From positions 248,001 to 312,000 of the forward strand of contig CBFFRP010000041.1 in assembly GCA_965644295.1 (NCBI GenBank): a stretch of 64,000 nucleotides of DNA, written 5' to 3'. Shown one piece after another: positions 12,974-24,797 of this stretch. Each line of letters opens with the position of its first letter. The stretch's first letter is position 1. The DNA is from Paraphysomonas bandaiensis (taxonomy: Eukaryota; Protista; Chrysophyceae). The translations under genes were made by a program, and so were the position numbers. A model generated the notes under the pieces. It was given only the letters and a program-made list of their open reading frames with translations, searched no databases and was not told where the DNA came from.

Positions 12974-14730
12974 CTAAGACAATGGGTGTGCGACTGCAGA
13001 TAAAACTCTCAGAGGGCCAACGGACCTGTGCAACATATATTAGAAAAATTACCTCACAATGAACATATTACTTGATATGCGCCAACGAGGATTCATTCTT
13101 TGCCAATAGCATCCCTACAAAACCTGTGGATGGATATTGAAATTTCACAATAGTATGAGGCTTTAGGGGGCAAATCATATCTTACCTATTCCATTAACAG
13201 AAACCATACCATCGTAACTCTCCCGTGAACGTCGCACAATCATCATCCACCTAAAGCAAGTAGCATTAAAGTCTCTGAAAGCTCTAGCGCTATCTATCTG
13301 GTATATGTAACATCATATACATATGGGAGTACCTTTCAGTGAGCAAAAGGTTGTACGACTCAGGAGGTGTATTTTCCTCCAGGTGCCTCTTGTGTTTATC
13401 CTCACTATACGGAAGAGTCCCAGTGACCCGCAGTAGTTCATGGTAAGCAGACATTAAGTACTCTGCGATCAAAACAGTCAAATGAGACGCATGACAATTA
13501 AGCTACAAAGACAGCAAATAGAAGCGTGGTGACGGCACTCACCATTATAGGAGTAACGCTTGTCTTCTGTGGAGTCCCACTCAGCTTCATTCATCAGCAC
13601 CAACACACCATGTTCGAAGTTGTACTACACAACACACATTAACAATATTATAGTCGGCAGACAAATCACAGATTGAACCATATGAAAGACGTAAGCTGGG
13701 AATAATTGTACCTGAGGCACCCTATACGTGTTACTGGAATGTCTCAGAGGATCATAAAAAAGCCACTCGCCCGATTGAATCAATGGGTAAATAACAGTTT
13801 CTACAGGAAGGATCTACAACAACACAGATTCGCTCATAAGTGCACTAGTGTGAACATTTAGAATACAGTAAATGCACACTCACCTCAATGCCAGAAAACG
13901 AGTATATCTGATCGCGCGGTATAAGCTGCATGTGTTTATGATGCTGAGAGGATCCAGCATTCGAATCACTATTATAGAATCCAAAAGCTTCAAGGCGAAC
14001 GACACACCACATCCATGCCTCCATGTCATCATACGTTAGCAAGGAATTTTGAGGTTTAAAACGGTTAGTGATAAGAATGACCTACAAATTTATTAACGCG
14101 CTTTACAAAAAAAGGGGACTAATCTTAATGTATACGATTGGTAACACACATTTGCATTGACACTTACATGGTCTGTAATTGAAGGAAATTTGTTCAACAC
14201 TAAGGTGTGCATAGGTGGTATAGTGGAAACCAGTAGCATGGGGTCAAGGTGATCCGCTCCGAAGGGGTCATATGAATTTCTGTTACTACTTGCTCGGCTC
14301 CGGAGTTCAGAATCGTGCATATAAGACAGAGCGAACTGAGTGACAGTCAGAATCAATACATCCATAACAATATATCACTTACTGTCATATCATTTTCAGA
14401 AAATATCTCAGCATGTGAGTTCCGTATAGGCACTAAAGAATTGCTTTTCTCTGCTCTTTCTGTGGCTTCGTGTACCAAATAACGAAGATTTATTGGCTTC
14501 TTGTCATACTTTGGAGTTAACTTATGGGATCTAGGGGTTGATCCAGATGAGTATGTCAGTAAAAAAAATATGACAAATATTGCCGAGACAATAACTATGA
14601 TAAACCCATCACTCTTTCTCTGCTTTGATATGTGGGATATGAGGTTCTTGGAATCACTCTGTGTCTCAGATTCCTGAAGAGCCATCCTCATAGGAACCAT
14701 GTCACTGAGACCTCTACTGGGGGCCTCCAT
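12974..14730 (-). CDS. ATP adenylyltransferase / Ap4A phosphorylase (APA2-like) with an N-terminal transmembrane segment; multi-exon
   Basis: Motifs YDPF...LLVSTIPPMHTLVLNKFP, GFYNSDSNAGSSQHHKHMQLIP (HxHxQ), SYNLLLTER, VRRSRESYDGMVSVNGIGFVGMLL, GPLRVLSAVAHP. The N-terminus has KQRK followed by hydrophobic FIIVIVSAIFVIFFLL. Confidence 0.85.
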
Positions 14731-15112
14731 ATCGCTACTGTCTACACCACAGGTGAAGAGATCTCTTGTTGCTTGTATTGTGAGTGGCTTTACAGTGTTT
14801 CTCTATGGATTATTTCTTGAAATAACATACAGAGTGTCTCGAAGTATACAGTGTATGCTGTAGAGTACAACTATACTACAGAACATATCAAGCAAAACAA
14901 GTTTTCAGTTTTTGTTTTCTGAGACTGTGTAAGATATGCACTGGTGTGTGGATGATGCGAGGTAAAATTGATGAACAAAAAACGAGGTGCAATAACAGGC
15001 AGGGCAAGAGCTGCACTGGCAGGCTATTACTTTAACAGAGAGAACAGGTACTCGGTGATATATCCTATCTCAGGAACTCTGTGAGTAATTTTTTATTTGA
15101 AACTTCAGAGCA

Positions 15113-15697
15113 ATGGCAGGCGACAAGTTACCCGTTCAGATCAGGACTAGAAAGTTTATTCGCAACGCTCTTTTGAGCCGTCGCCAATTTGTAAGTAGTT
15201 GTTATCGAGGTAGACGTAATTCTAATAGGAAGTGCGTGAACTTATGTAGATTGTCGACATTATTCACCCTGGTCGCCCTAACATGGCTAAGACCGAACTC
15301 CAGGAGAAACTGGCTGAGGTGAGAATATAAGGTGTTATGTCAGTCTTCACTAAACCTTTTCAATTTGCTTCGGCTTAGATGTACAAGATCAAGGACAAGA
15401 ACACCATCTTTGTTTTTGGATTCCGCTCTGCTTACGGTGGTGGAAAATCTACTGGGTTCGCCCTCATATATGATGCCGTCGAGGACGCCATGAAGTTCGA
15501 GCCCAAATACAGGCTTGCCAGAGTACGTCGTTCGTAATGTATATATGTGGTTGTTACTCATTCGTGTACAGGCTGGCCTTGTCAAGGGCAGAGAGGGGTC
15601 CAGAAAGCAGATCAAGGAGAAGAAGAACAGAGGCAAGAAGGTTTGGGGTGTTGGGCGCAGAATTGCCAAGCACAAGGCCAAGAAGGCTCAGGCTTAG
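15113..15697 (+). CDS. RPS24: 40S ribosomal protein S24 (eS24); 4 exons
   Basis: Exons 15113-15190, 15250-15318, 15379-15522 and 15572-15697 give [48 protein letters not shown]...[23 protein letters not shown]. Confidence 0.97.
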
Positions 15698-16239
15698 ATC
15701 CCGTAACTTTAGTTGGTTGGTGCTATTGCTCTCTCACTCTAAAGATAATGTAATTATCCAACTCAATATTGAATTTTCTGTGAATAGGATTGATAAGTAG
15801 CGTTGACTTTTTGGGTACTGTCCCAATTACAAGTGAACATATCCACTAGTTTGTTGCGCCCACTCACTCACTCACTGGCACATGAGCTTACAGTTGTATA
15901 GTTGTAGCAGGCTTGCCTCATGATAAATAAGTAAAAGGTACTCTACCACTGGAGAGATCGCGCCCTGGTATGTACTAAAAAATAGCAAAGAGTGGACCGT
16001 TAGTTGTTAGTTAGTCCTGATCCAACTCTGACTTCAAACTTCAAATATATTGTTCAATATATTGCCACATATTAGTATGACTAATCAGTAAGTAAACACA
16101 TCCGTAGTTTTTTGTATTCGTCATTATAAGGTCTAAGGTCACTTGATAATCAAACCCACCACTCTTAACTGATTAAAAGTTTCCTCATACTCATCCTCTG
16201 AGCCATCATCAGTGACATCATCATCACCATTTTCATCCA

Positions 16240-16671
16240 ATATTTATTGAAATATGCTTGCATCCGACCACAACTGTCGGTTAGCTTTCAGAAACAACAG
16301 CATATTAAGTGTAGTAGGATGCATACATTTGCGCAACACTGATATAATCAGTTTTGCTGCGCTGAACAGGCGTTCACATGTATGGAAGTACATACTACAT
16401 GACTCGTGCACCTGTACTTAGATATTTCAACTTTCCGGTTCTTAAATTTTTGAGATGATTGAAGAGTTTTCTCCGCATATCCAACTTCAGCTTCATCACC
16501 CTCTGTATTGTTGCAATAATCACTGTCTGAACGGAGATTTGTATACATGGACTTATATTTTTACCCCACAGTTAAGAATCTTTCTGTATATGACTATCAT
16601 AATATTGATTGCAATATATTGCAATGTATTGTACAATGTATTGCAATACAATATATTGTTCCTTATTCCTG
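16240..16671 (-). mobile_element. hAT transposon relic: transposase C-terminal dimerisation fragment plus a degenerate terminus
   Basis: 16378-16268 reads CERLFSAAKLIISVLRKCMHPTTLNMLLFLKANRQLW on the minus strand. The terminus caatatattgttccttattcctg (to 16671) resembles ends at 20348 and 46525. Confidence 0.7.
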
Positions 16672-17452
16672 CTATAGGTTATAGATAAGGTAGTTTTATT
16701 TCAGCTTCTGCATAGGATCGGTTTATTATTCTTTAGTTTTTAAATGTAATATCCACATATCCACAACCTGTTCCACTGGCATTAATCAAAGTAGCATTGA
16801 GCATAAAATTTTTATACGTAACTGAATACACTCCGTACTTGAATTAACTATAAAGTCCTCAGCAGCAGTACTACGGTAACTATGTATAGTTGTATAGTGC
16901 ACATGAAGTAATTGTTCGCTGTGAGTTATTTCTATTGATTCCATTTTCCAACTCGAACAAAATAATTAATTGCTCTTGTGCAAAAGAAGTCAGAAACAGC
17001 AGCTCGAATTCTATTGCAATAATATCCCTTAGAATAGAAAGCTACTGCTTCTTGATTGCTGTATATTTAAGGATAGTACCTCAAACTACACTTTTAATCT
17101 ATACAGCATCTGATGGGTTTACAACATATTCTTCATTCGATATTCTTTTTCTCGTACCAGAACTAGGTCGTATACATTAATTTAAGCTCCATATATTCTT
17201 CAGCTTTTTCAAACATATATCAATAATAGTGCAACTAAGATATGATATCACTGAAGACTGTATAATGTGTCCGATAGATTTCTCTACTTAATCCTTGCAA
17301 TTCCTCGATTATAACACTCACTCTTACAAACCAATCTACTCCCTGTTGGGAAATTTCCACAACAGATTGACAGAAAAGTATGACATATCTCTACCTCAAT
17401 GTCATCCAATTCAAATTGGTGGCCGGAATATGTCCATCATCTTTGTGCGTGA

Positions 17453-18484
17453 TGTATGTATGTATGTATGTATGTATGTATGTATGTATGTATGTATGTA
17501 TGTATGTATGTATGTATGTATGTATGTATGTATGTATGTATGTATGTATGCATGTATGTATGTATGTATGTATGTATGTATGTATGTATGTATGTATGTA
17601 TGTATGTATGTATGTATGTATGTATGTATGTATGTATGTATGTATGTATGTATGTATGTATGTATGTATGTATGTATGTATGTATGTATGTATGTATGTA
17701 TGTATGTATGTATGTATGTATGTATGTATGTATGTATGTATGTATGTATGTATGTATGTATGTATGTATGTATGTATGTATGTATGTATGTATGTATGTA
17801 TGTATGTATGTATGTATGTATGTATGTATGTATGTATGTATGTATGTATGTATGTATGTATGTATGTATGTATGTATGTATGTATGTATGTATGTATGTA
17901 TGTATGTATGTATGTATGTATGTATGTATGTATGTATGTATGTATGTATGTATGTATGTATGTATGTATGTATGTATGTATGTATGTATGTATGTATGTA
18001 TGTATGTATGTATGTATGTATGTATGTATGTATGTATGTATGTATGTATGTATGTATGTATGTATGTATGTATGTATGTATGTATGTATGTATGTATGTA
18101 TGTATGTATGTATGTATGTATGTATGTATGTATGTATGTATGTATGTATGTATGTATGTATGTATGTATGTATGTATGTATGTATGTATGTATGTATGTA
18201 TGTATGTATGTATGTATGTATGTATGTATGTATGTATGTATGTATGTATGTATGTATGTATGTATGTATGTATGTATGTATGTATGTATGTATGTATGTA
18301 TGTATGTATGTATGTATGTATGTATGTATGTATGTATGTATGTATGTATGTATGTATGTATGTATGTATGTATGTATGTATGTATGTATGTATGTATGTA
18401 TGTATGTATGTATGTATGTATGTATGTATGTATGTATGTATGTATGTATGTATGTATGTATGTATGTATGTATGTATGTATGTA
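17453..18484. repeat. (TATG)n microsatellite, ~1.03 kb
   Basis: Near-perfect tetranucleotide array with one CATG variant at 17551. Confidence 0.99.
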
Positions 18485-18557
18485 GTAGTATTGTGTAGCT
18501 AGGTATGTGGATTTGCTCTTCTTTACTTCCACAGTAGCATATCGTCTAGTTGGAACC

Positions 18558-19256
18558 ATGATGTATCTAGCACTACTCAGCAGTGTCTTTTTGACCACAT
18601 CGATGGCGTGGTTGTTCGATGCACCCGCTCCATTGGACTCTAGGACGAGTATATTCGAGTTCTCTGCAGCTGATATTAAGGGCGATCTTGTCGACTTTTC
18701 AACTCTACGCGGGAAGAAAGCGTATCTAATCGTCAATGTTGCAAGCCAATGAGGCATGACTAATACCAACTATGAAGAGCTTAACTATCTATATGAAAAG
18801 TATTCTTCAGTTGGGTTGGAGATCATCGCTTTTCCCTGTATGTGGTAACACCTCACTGATAGTGAGCAACTGCTAATTTGATATCAGGTAATAAGTTTTT
18901 ATACCAAGAGCCAGGATCTAATGACGAAATATTGGAGTTCACGCGATCAAAGAACGTCAACTTTCCGGTCATGGCTAAAGTAGATTGTGGTGTTTCATCG
19001 AATGCTCATCCGATCTTCCCTTTCCTCTGTCAGAAGCTCCCTGATTCAGGACTTTTACCTGGAATTCTTGGCAACGGAATAAAATGGAACTTTAGCAAGT
19101 TTTTATGTGACAGTGAAGGTATTCCACTGAAAAGATATTCGCCGAACGAGAGCCCGAAGTCCTTTGAATCTGATATTGTTCGGCTTTTAGAAGACGTAAG
19201 TATATATTGAACATCTTGGTAATCACTAAATGTCATTATTTTAGAGGGAGCTTTAA
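18558..19256 (+). CDS. GPX: Selenocysteine-containing glutathione peroxidase (PHGPx-like) with signal peptide; 3 exons
   Basis: [11 protein letters not shown](18750-18752)[10 protein letters not shown]...[17 protein letters not shown]...IKWNFSKFL; the TGA is at the catalytic Cys/Sec position and the frame continues. Introns at 18838-18887 and probably 19196-19244 (C-terminus ...LLEDREL*). Confidence 0.93.
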
Positions 19257-20254
19257 CTGCATTGTGTGGTTCATGGGGTTTTGGGGTGGTTGTGTTTGTC
19301 TTATCAGAATGACGACTTTTGAATAGTTTGAAATGATAAGAAAATACAGGAAGCGCCACTCCTAATACGTTGCTTGAAATATAAGATAAAACACTGAGCA
19401 CTAAGCGATATAAACTAAAGTAAAAATGGATAGCTACGACAGCTGTAAGTGCGGGATATCTCTAGACTATAGACTAGGTTTGAACAACTTATGGTCTTAT
19501 GCAAAAGACACTGAGACATAGTTTCATATGACGAGTTTGCTTAGCTTTTCGACAGAAGTTGTGTTTGTTGTCAAGCAGTCACTCTTAGTAGAAATTACTT
19601 CTGATACTATTTCACGACCACGACATACTCCCGGACAACGTTTAGGTAGAGATTATAACTGATAATTCAGTTATTATATACATTATACACATGATTATAT
19701 TACATGGGAACAGACGATCATACTGCATACTCTAGCCTCTACAAACTCCCTGTTGTATACATGCAATGCACAATACTTTATCTTCGCATTTAAATGAGAG
19801 TTGAAAAGTTTCTAATGACCAAGTAGGGTGTAGTTTCAAAGCCTCCTTCATTTTCGATGTCATCAGGGCCAACGCATACCTCGCAAGCAATATTGGTTTC
19901 GGGCTTGATTTTGTAAGAGACCTCCTAAATAAAATATATATACTATATATTCAACCTACTACACTTTTAATATTATATTGTCGCTTTTGAAAGCTAATCA
20001 ATCCATGTAACCGGATGCATACTTCAATTAATTTTGAATGAATGTGGTGGTAATAACAGTGCCAATTATGGTTCAGAGAACGAATAGGAGGAAAGTTGTG
20101 ACTGCAGCTAGGCAGGAGGTAGTCTGTGACTGGTATCGTAGTTCGTAGTTCGTCGTGGTTTTGGTTATCATGTATGTGATCGATCTTATTGACAAGTACT
20201 AAATATTAAATATGGAATCTACGCAAGTGTTTAATTACTAAATAGCGATACTAC

Positions 20255-20348
20255 CATATTGCAATAGTATTGAGTAAAAAAACCATCAATATTATTGTTA
20301 AGACGCTAGTCTAACAATAGTATTGTAATATATTATTCCCTAGCCCTG
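20255..20348 (-). mobile_element. Isolated hAT-like terminus (CAGGGCTAGGGAA... read leftwards)
   Basis: atagtattgtaatatattattccctagccctg is nearly identical to atagtattgcaatatattgttccctagccttg at 46494-46525. Confidence 0.6.
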
Positions 20349-20997
20349 CAAGATAGTGGGGCCAACAGCGCCTTTTGTCCCACGGCTGTGGATAATTGTA
20401 GACAAAGAGCGATATAAGTGTTGCGCTTGATTTTGTAAGAAATCTCCCACCACATATATATATACTAAGGAACCAATACAATAGTGATTAGTAATCTGTT
20501 AAAATGCACCAGCTTAACACCTAACCATGTGCTTGCAATTCAGGTGACCTAGATCCACAATAGGAAATAGGGCATGCGCATGCGGTGTGTACACGTGTAC
20601 ACTGCTGTAGGAACGGGATTGCTAGAAAAGATGCCTCAGTATGACACTCCTCTCCTGATTCTGATTGTGAAATGAAGTTCTGAGGTGTTTGTTCTAAGGA
20701 TCATATGCAGAAATTCGGGGTGCCTCAACGTAGAAGTCTGTTGTCAGGTACCGGGTACATCTGCTGGGTAATTAATCACCATATAGGAGAGCACAATTTA
20801 TGACAAAAATAAATTGTGACTACGATTACTGAATTCGAAATGTTTACATGTAGAGCAAATTTAACTTCAGTGAAATGTCTAATTCTAACAAGGCGTATGT
20901 CAGTAAACGTTTAATTCATCATTTTGTATAATTCAACATACACAGATATATTATATATAGGTATAAGATATAGTGTATAAAAACTTCTTTTTGTAAT

Positions 20998-22251
20998 GGG
21001 ATCTATTATTGAACCTAGTCAAATTGGTGTAATTTCCTAGTCACACCAAAATTGGTGTAAAAACCTAGTCAAGCGGTTGAAAAACCTAGTCATTTAATAA
21101 TTCATATTTTCAGTTTACAATGACTAGGTTTTATGGTATTCACCTAGTCAAAAATAAAAATTTTCATTCAAACATGGGAGCATACTCTATCCATCAATTG
21201 ATAAATGTAGATATTGTATACATGCAATACATAACATTATAACGTTGCATTCCAATGAGAAATTGGTGACCATGTCCGGTGCAATTCCATAGCTTCCCAA
21301 GGGCCATGACATCGGTGGGTCACCGTTGATGAGGGACCTCGCTGATGATGCTGATGTTCTGATGACACACTCATGATGCTGTAAGACTGATGACACACTC
21401 ATGATGCTGATGTTCTGATGACACACTCATGATACTGTAAGACTGATGACACACTCATGATGCTGTAAGACTGATGACACACTCATGATACTGTAAGACT
21501 GATGACACACTCATGATACTGTAAGACTGATGACACACTCATGATGCTGTAAGACTGATGACACACTCATGATACTGTAAGACTGATGACACACTCATGA
21601 TGCTGTAAGACTGATGACACACTCATGATACTGTAAGACTGATGACACACTCATGATGCTGATGTTCTGATGCTGCTCTGCAGTCCACTTCAATGATACT
21701 GCTTTTAGAAGTTTGTTCCCTGAAAACCTCCTTTTTTTTCCGTTGGACTAAAAATAGGGAGATTTATGCACCCCTGAAAGCCAATGCAGCAATCGAAGTC
21801 ATTCATTCAGTGCTGAAGTGAAGGAAGATGAGCGCCATCACTCCCAGCATATGAAGATCTCAAGATGTCCTGCGGATCATAGAGTGAGTTATGCCCACAG
21901 CTTCATGGACCCTCCTCCCCATAACACTCACAGGGACCATCGCTATATGCATACATGCTACAGATAGGCTAGATAGATATACACGTACATCTGTGTTATG
22001 TAGATATGTATATATGAGCTTATTGTTATGTTTGAGTGTTTGTTTTGATGCTCTGTAAGCCACTAATATATTGTGTGGTGTGAGATGGTATCTTAGACAG
22101 TCACAGTGTGTAATCAATGGATATAAGAACGACTAGGTTGAATACCAAAGTTGACTAGGTTGAGTCATTTATTACTTTGACTAGGTTATTCCACCAAAAA
22201 TAGCGTGACTAGGTAATTCAACCAATTTGACTAGGTTGAATAATATTTCCC
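20998..22251. mobile_element. Non-autonomous Mutator-like element (MULE) with 9-bp TSD
   Basis: TIRs gggatctattattgaacctagtcaaattggt and accaatttgactaggttgaataatatttccc. Direct repeat TTTTGTAAT at 20989-20997 and 22252-22260. Multiple subterminal cctagtca motifs at both ends. Confidence 0.9.
21344..21671. repeat. 28-bp minisatellite (11 full units plus partials) inside the MULE
   Basis: Unit gatgacacactcatgat(g/a)ctg(taagact/atgttct) starts at 21361, 21389, 21417 ... 21641. Confidence 0.95.
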
Positions 22252-22561
22252 TTTTGTAATACGTAGTATGAAGGATGAGATTAGAGGCTGATTGGGTTAG
22301 GAATAACGAGTAGAGAGCTCACACTACATTGCAATAATATGCTATAGAAAGTAAAACCAATAACAGAGGACTATTGATAAAATTATGACCGTAAGAAATA
22401 GTCGTAAATAGCGAGTAACTGCTGAATAATTCTAAATACACTAATGAATACACCAACATACACCCTACACATACATAACATGATGCCAGTCCGCTCTACA
22501 ATTGTTGCTCGTCATAATTCACACTACGACGAATCTACGCGTGGTGCCATTATTATTCTAT

Positions 22562-24241
22562 TTACTCAATCGCTAATCGCATCTTCTCAATCTCATCCGA
22601 CTCATTCGGAAAATAAGGACCCAAATGGCGCACCACACCAGATAGAGCAAGCCCAGAGTCTTTGTACACTTCCGTGAAAGAGACTATTCCACTACTCTCA
22701 GTGATTTCAGGAACAATGATGCGGTCAGTTGTTGAGTCAAGTCTGCTAACAGAAAGGTAATACGGCGTCCCGAAAACGTTTATATGTTCAGTAACATCTT
22801 GACATGTGCTGCTCCCATGAACGATCACACATATAACACCCGGAAAACTACTAATATAAGACTCCGATCCAACGAGGTGCGTTGCAGTTATATAAATCGC
22901 TTTGGTAGGTGATGATATGTGTATGTAGTTTAAGTTGAACAGAGACGTGGGCATATGGATGGACCGCAACGTCAAAAAGCGTTCAACATTCAAAGCGTTG
23001 ATGTTATTCTTCACTGCTGAGCATATTATAACACTTTTATACTTTGCGAAGTAGAAGTATGGTCCATACGTGGTAAATGACCGAGTGTAATTACCTTGTA
23101 GAAAATCTAATTCCTGTTGGGCCACCACAGATATAATACCACCATTTGCACGCAATTGGGTCATGTATAAATGCGAAGAATTAGGTGCACTGTGAGCACC
23201 AATTACAAAAAAACTATCAAAGAACTCCACAAATGTAGTGAAATGAGGTCGTTTGGATAGTTCCAAAGGAATGACTTGTGTTCGTCGTAAACAGCCGCCG
23301 TTAAAATCACATTCTCCACTAGAATTCCGGTGGAATGAATAAACCACTGAAGAGCTTCGTCGGTTATCTTCTGTCACAAGTATCTGCCGAGAGGGATCAA
23401 AAGCAATCGAATGTGGACTGCCTAAATCATTGTCTAGCACATACCACTGATGTACGGGGCGATTAATAGATTCACTTACAAGCACACGGTTGTGCCAGCA
23501 GTCAACGATGAAATAAACACCATTATACTCCATCAATTGTGTAGGAGTGTACAATTTGTGACGCCAAGGAGAATATATGTCCACTGTATGTCTTTCATAC
23601 ATCGTCATACGGTTCAGAGACGACGCAGCATCAGAGGCACCGCTATGAGAAATATGGGCTACGTTGAGAGGAAAGGCACTTGACGTACAGACAAGCATAA
23701 AGGTATTTGTCTTCATATCCTCATATAAATGAACTGTATCAAACAGTGTTTCCAAGAGATTACGCACTTCGTTTAAGGACTGCTGATTAGATTCAAGGGT
23801 GTATGTGCCTTCTACTTCAATGTACACAACAAATCGAGAACATTGTTTCAAATGATGTGCATACATTAATAGCATGCTCATGTCCGACCTCTCTACCGAA
23901 TATTCCGGTGAGTCAAGTGTAGATATATTAGAACTAATTGTGACGTAAATCCCATCCCATAAGTTGTTACTGGAACACAACTCCCGCTCCCTTTGGCTGT
24001 GTGCAGATCCGTACAGATCATGCAGACTCGGATAGGAATCCACCACAGAAAAACCATCACTACCCGCGTGATGAGCTATATGAATACAGCTATGTGAAAT
24101 ATATGAGAGCCCGACATCAGCTTGAGGTAATACACCTGAGCAGACATACTCTACCCGCTGACCACTATCACTATGAGCCAGACCAGATACACACAGCAAC
24201 AGACACAGCGATATCACTCCATACCATACCATGTAGCACAC
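22562..24241 (-). CDS. Secreted protein with a C-terminal beta-propeller-like domain; intronless
   Basis: 559-aa ORF with a hydrophobic signal peptide (VISLCLLLCVSGLA). Propeller-like blades: YTPTQL...YFIVDCWHNRVLVS...LGSPHSIAFD...RPHF. Confidence 0.8.
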   Translation of the reverse strand: MCYMVWYGVISLCLLLCVSGLAHSDSGQRVEYVCSGVLPQADVGLSYISHSCIHIAHHAGSDGFSVVDSYPSLHDLYGSAHSQRERELCSSNNLWDGIYVTISSNISTLDSPEYSVERSDMSMLLMYAHHLKQCSRFVVYIEVEGTYTLESNQQSLNEVRNLLETLFDTVHLYEDMKTNTFMLVCTSSAFPLNVAHISHSGASDAASSLNRMTMYERHTVDIYSPWRHKLYTPTQLMEYNGVYFIVDCWHNRVLVSESINRPVHQWYVLDNDLGSPHSIAFDPSRQILVTEDNRRSSSVVYSFHRNSSGECDFNGGCLRRTQVIPLELSKRPHFTTFVEFFDSFFVIGAHSAPNSSHLYMTQLRANGGIISVVAQQELDFLQGNYTRSFTTYGPYFYFAKYKSVIICSAVKNNINALNVERFLTLRSIHMPTSLFNLNYIHISSPTKAIYITATHLVGSESYISSFPGVICVIVHGSSTCQDVTEHINVFGTPYYLSVSRLDSTTDRIIVPEITESSGIVSFTEVYKDSGLALSGVVRHLGPYFPNESDEIEKMRLAIE

Positions 24242-24369
24242 TAGTTGAGGTCTACTTCAAGTGTGACAAACAACACACACAAAATATATGCATGAATATA
24301 TATATCTATGCAAGCCAGATATGAGATACGTATACAAGCAACAACACCATAGGAGTCATGTCCGTGTAA

Positions 24370-24719
24370 GTATGTATGTATGTATGTATGTATGTATGTA
24401 TGTATGTATGTATGTATGTATGTATGTATGTATGTATGTATGTATGTATGTATGTATGTATGTATGTATGTATGTATGTATGTATGTATGTATGTATGTA
24501 TGTATGTATGTATGTATGTATGTATGTATGTATGTATGTATGTATGTATGTATGTATGTATGTATGTATGTATGTATGTATGTATGTATGTATGTATGTA
24601 TGTATGTATGTATGTATGTATGTATGTATGTATGTATGTATGTATGTATGTATGTATGTATGTATGTATGTATGTATGTATGTATGTATGTATGTATGTA
24701 TGTATGTATGTATGTATGT
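24370..24719. repeat. (TATG)n microsatellite, ~350 bp
   Basis: Perfect array between two divergently oriented genes. Confidence 0.99.
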
Positions 24720-24797
24720 TCCTGTTGTTCTAGGTGTCGTAAACTCATTCGTTGTTGAGACTTTCTTGCAGTTGTCTTCATTATCTATGCTTGAAGA

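Noticed and set aside
17453-18484. TATG arrays as telomeric repeats or contig joins
   Set aside because: They are internal, lack the G-runs of typical telomere repeats and have ordinary unique flanks. Exact lengths may still be affected by assembly error.
18750-18752. GPx as a pseudogene, or evidence of a variant genetic code
   Set aside because: The TGA is at the known Sec position with conserved sequence on both sides, and TGA serves as a normal stop in other genes here (for example FKBP).
21344-21671. 28-bp repeat array as a CRISPR array or hammerhead ribozyme array
   Set aside because: Units are head-to-tail with no unique spacers and there are no cas genes. CTGATGA is present but the hammerhead GAAA core is absent.
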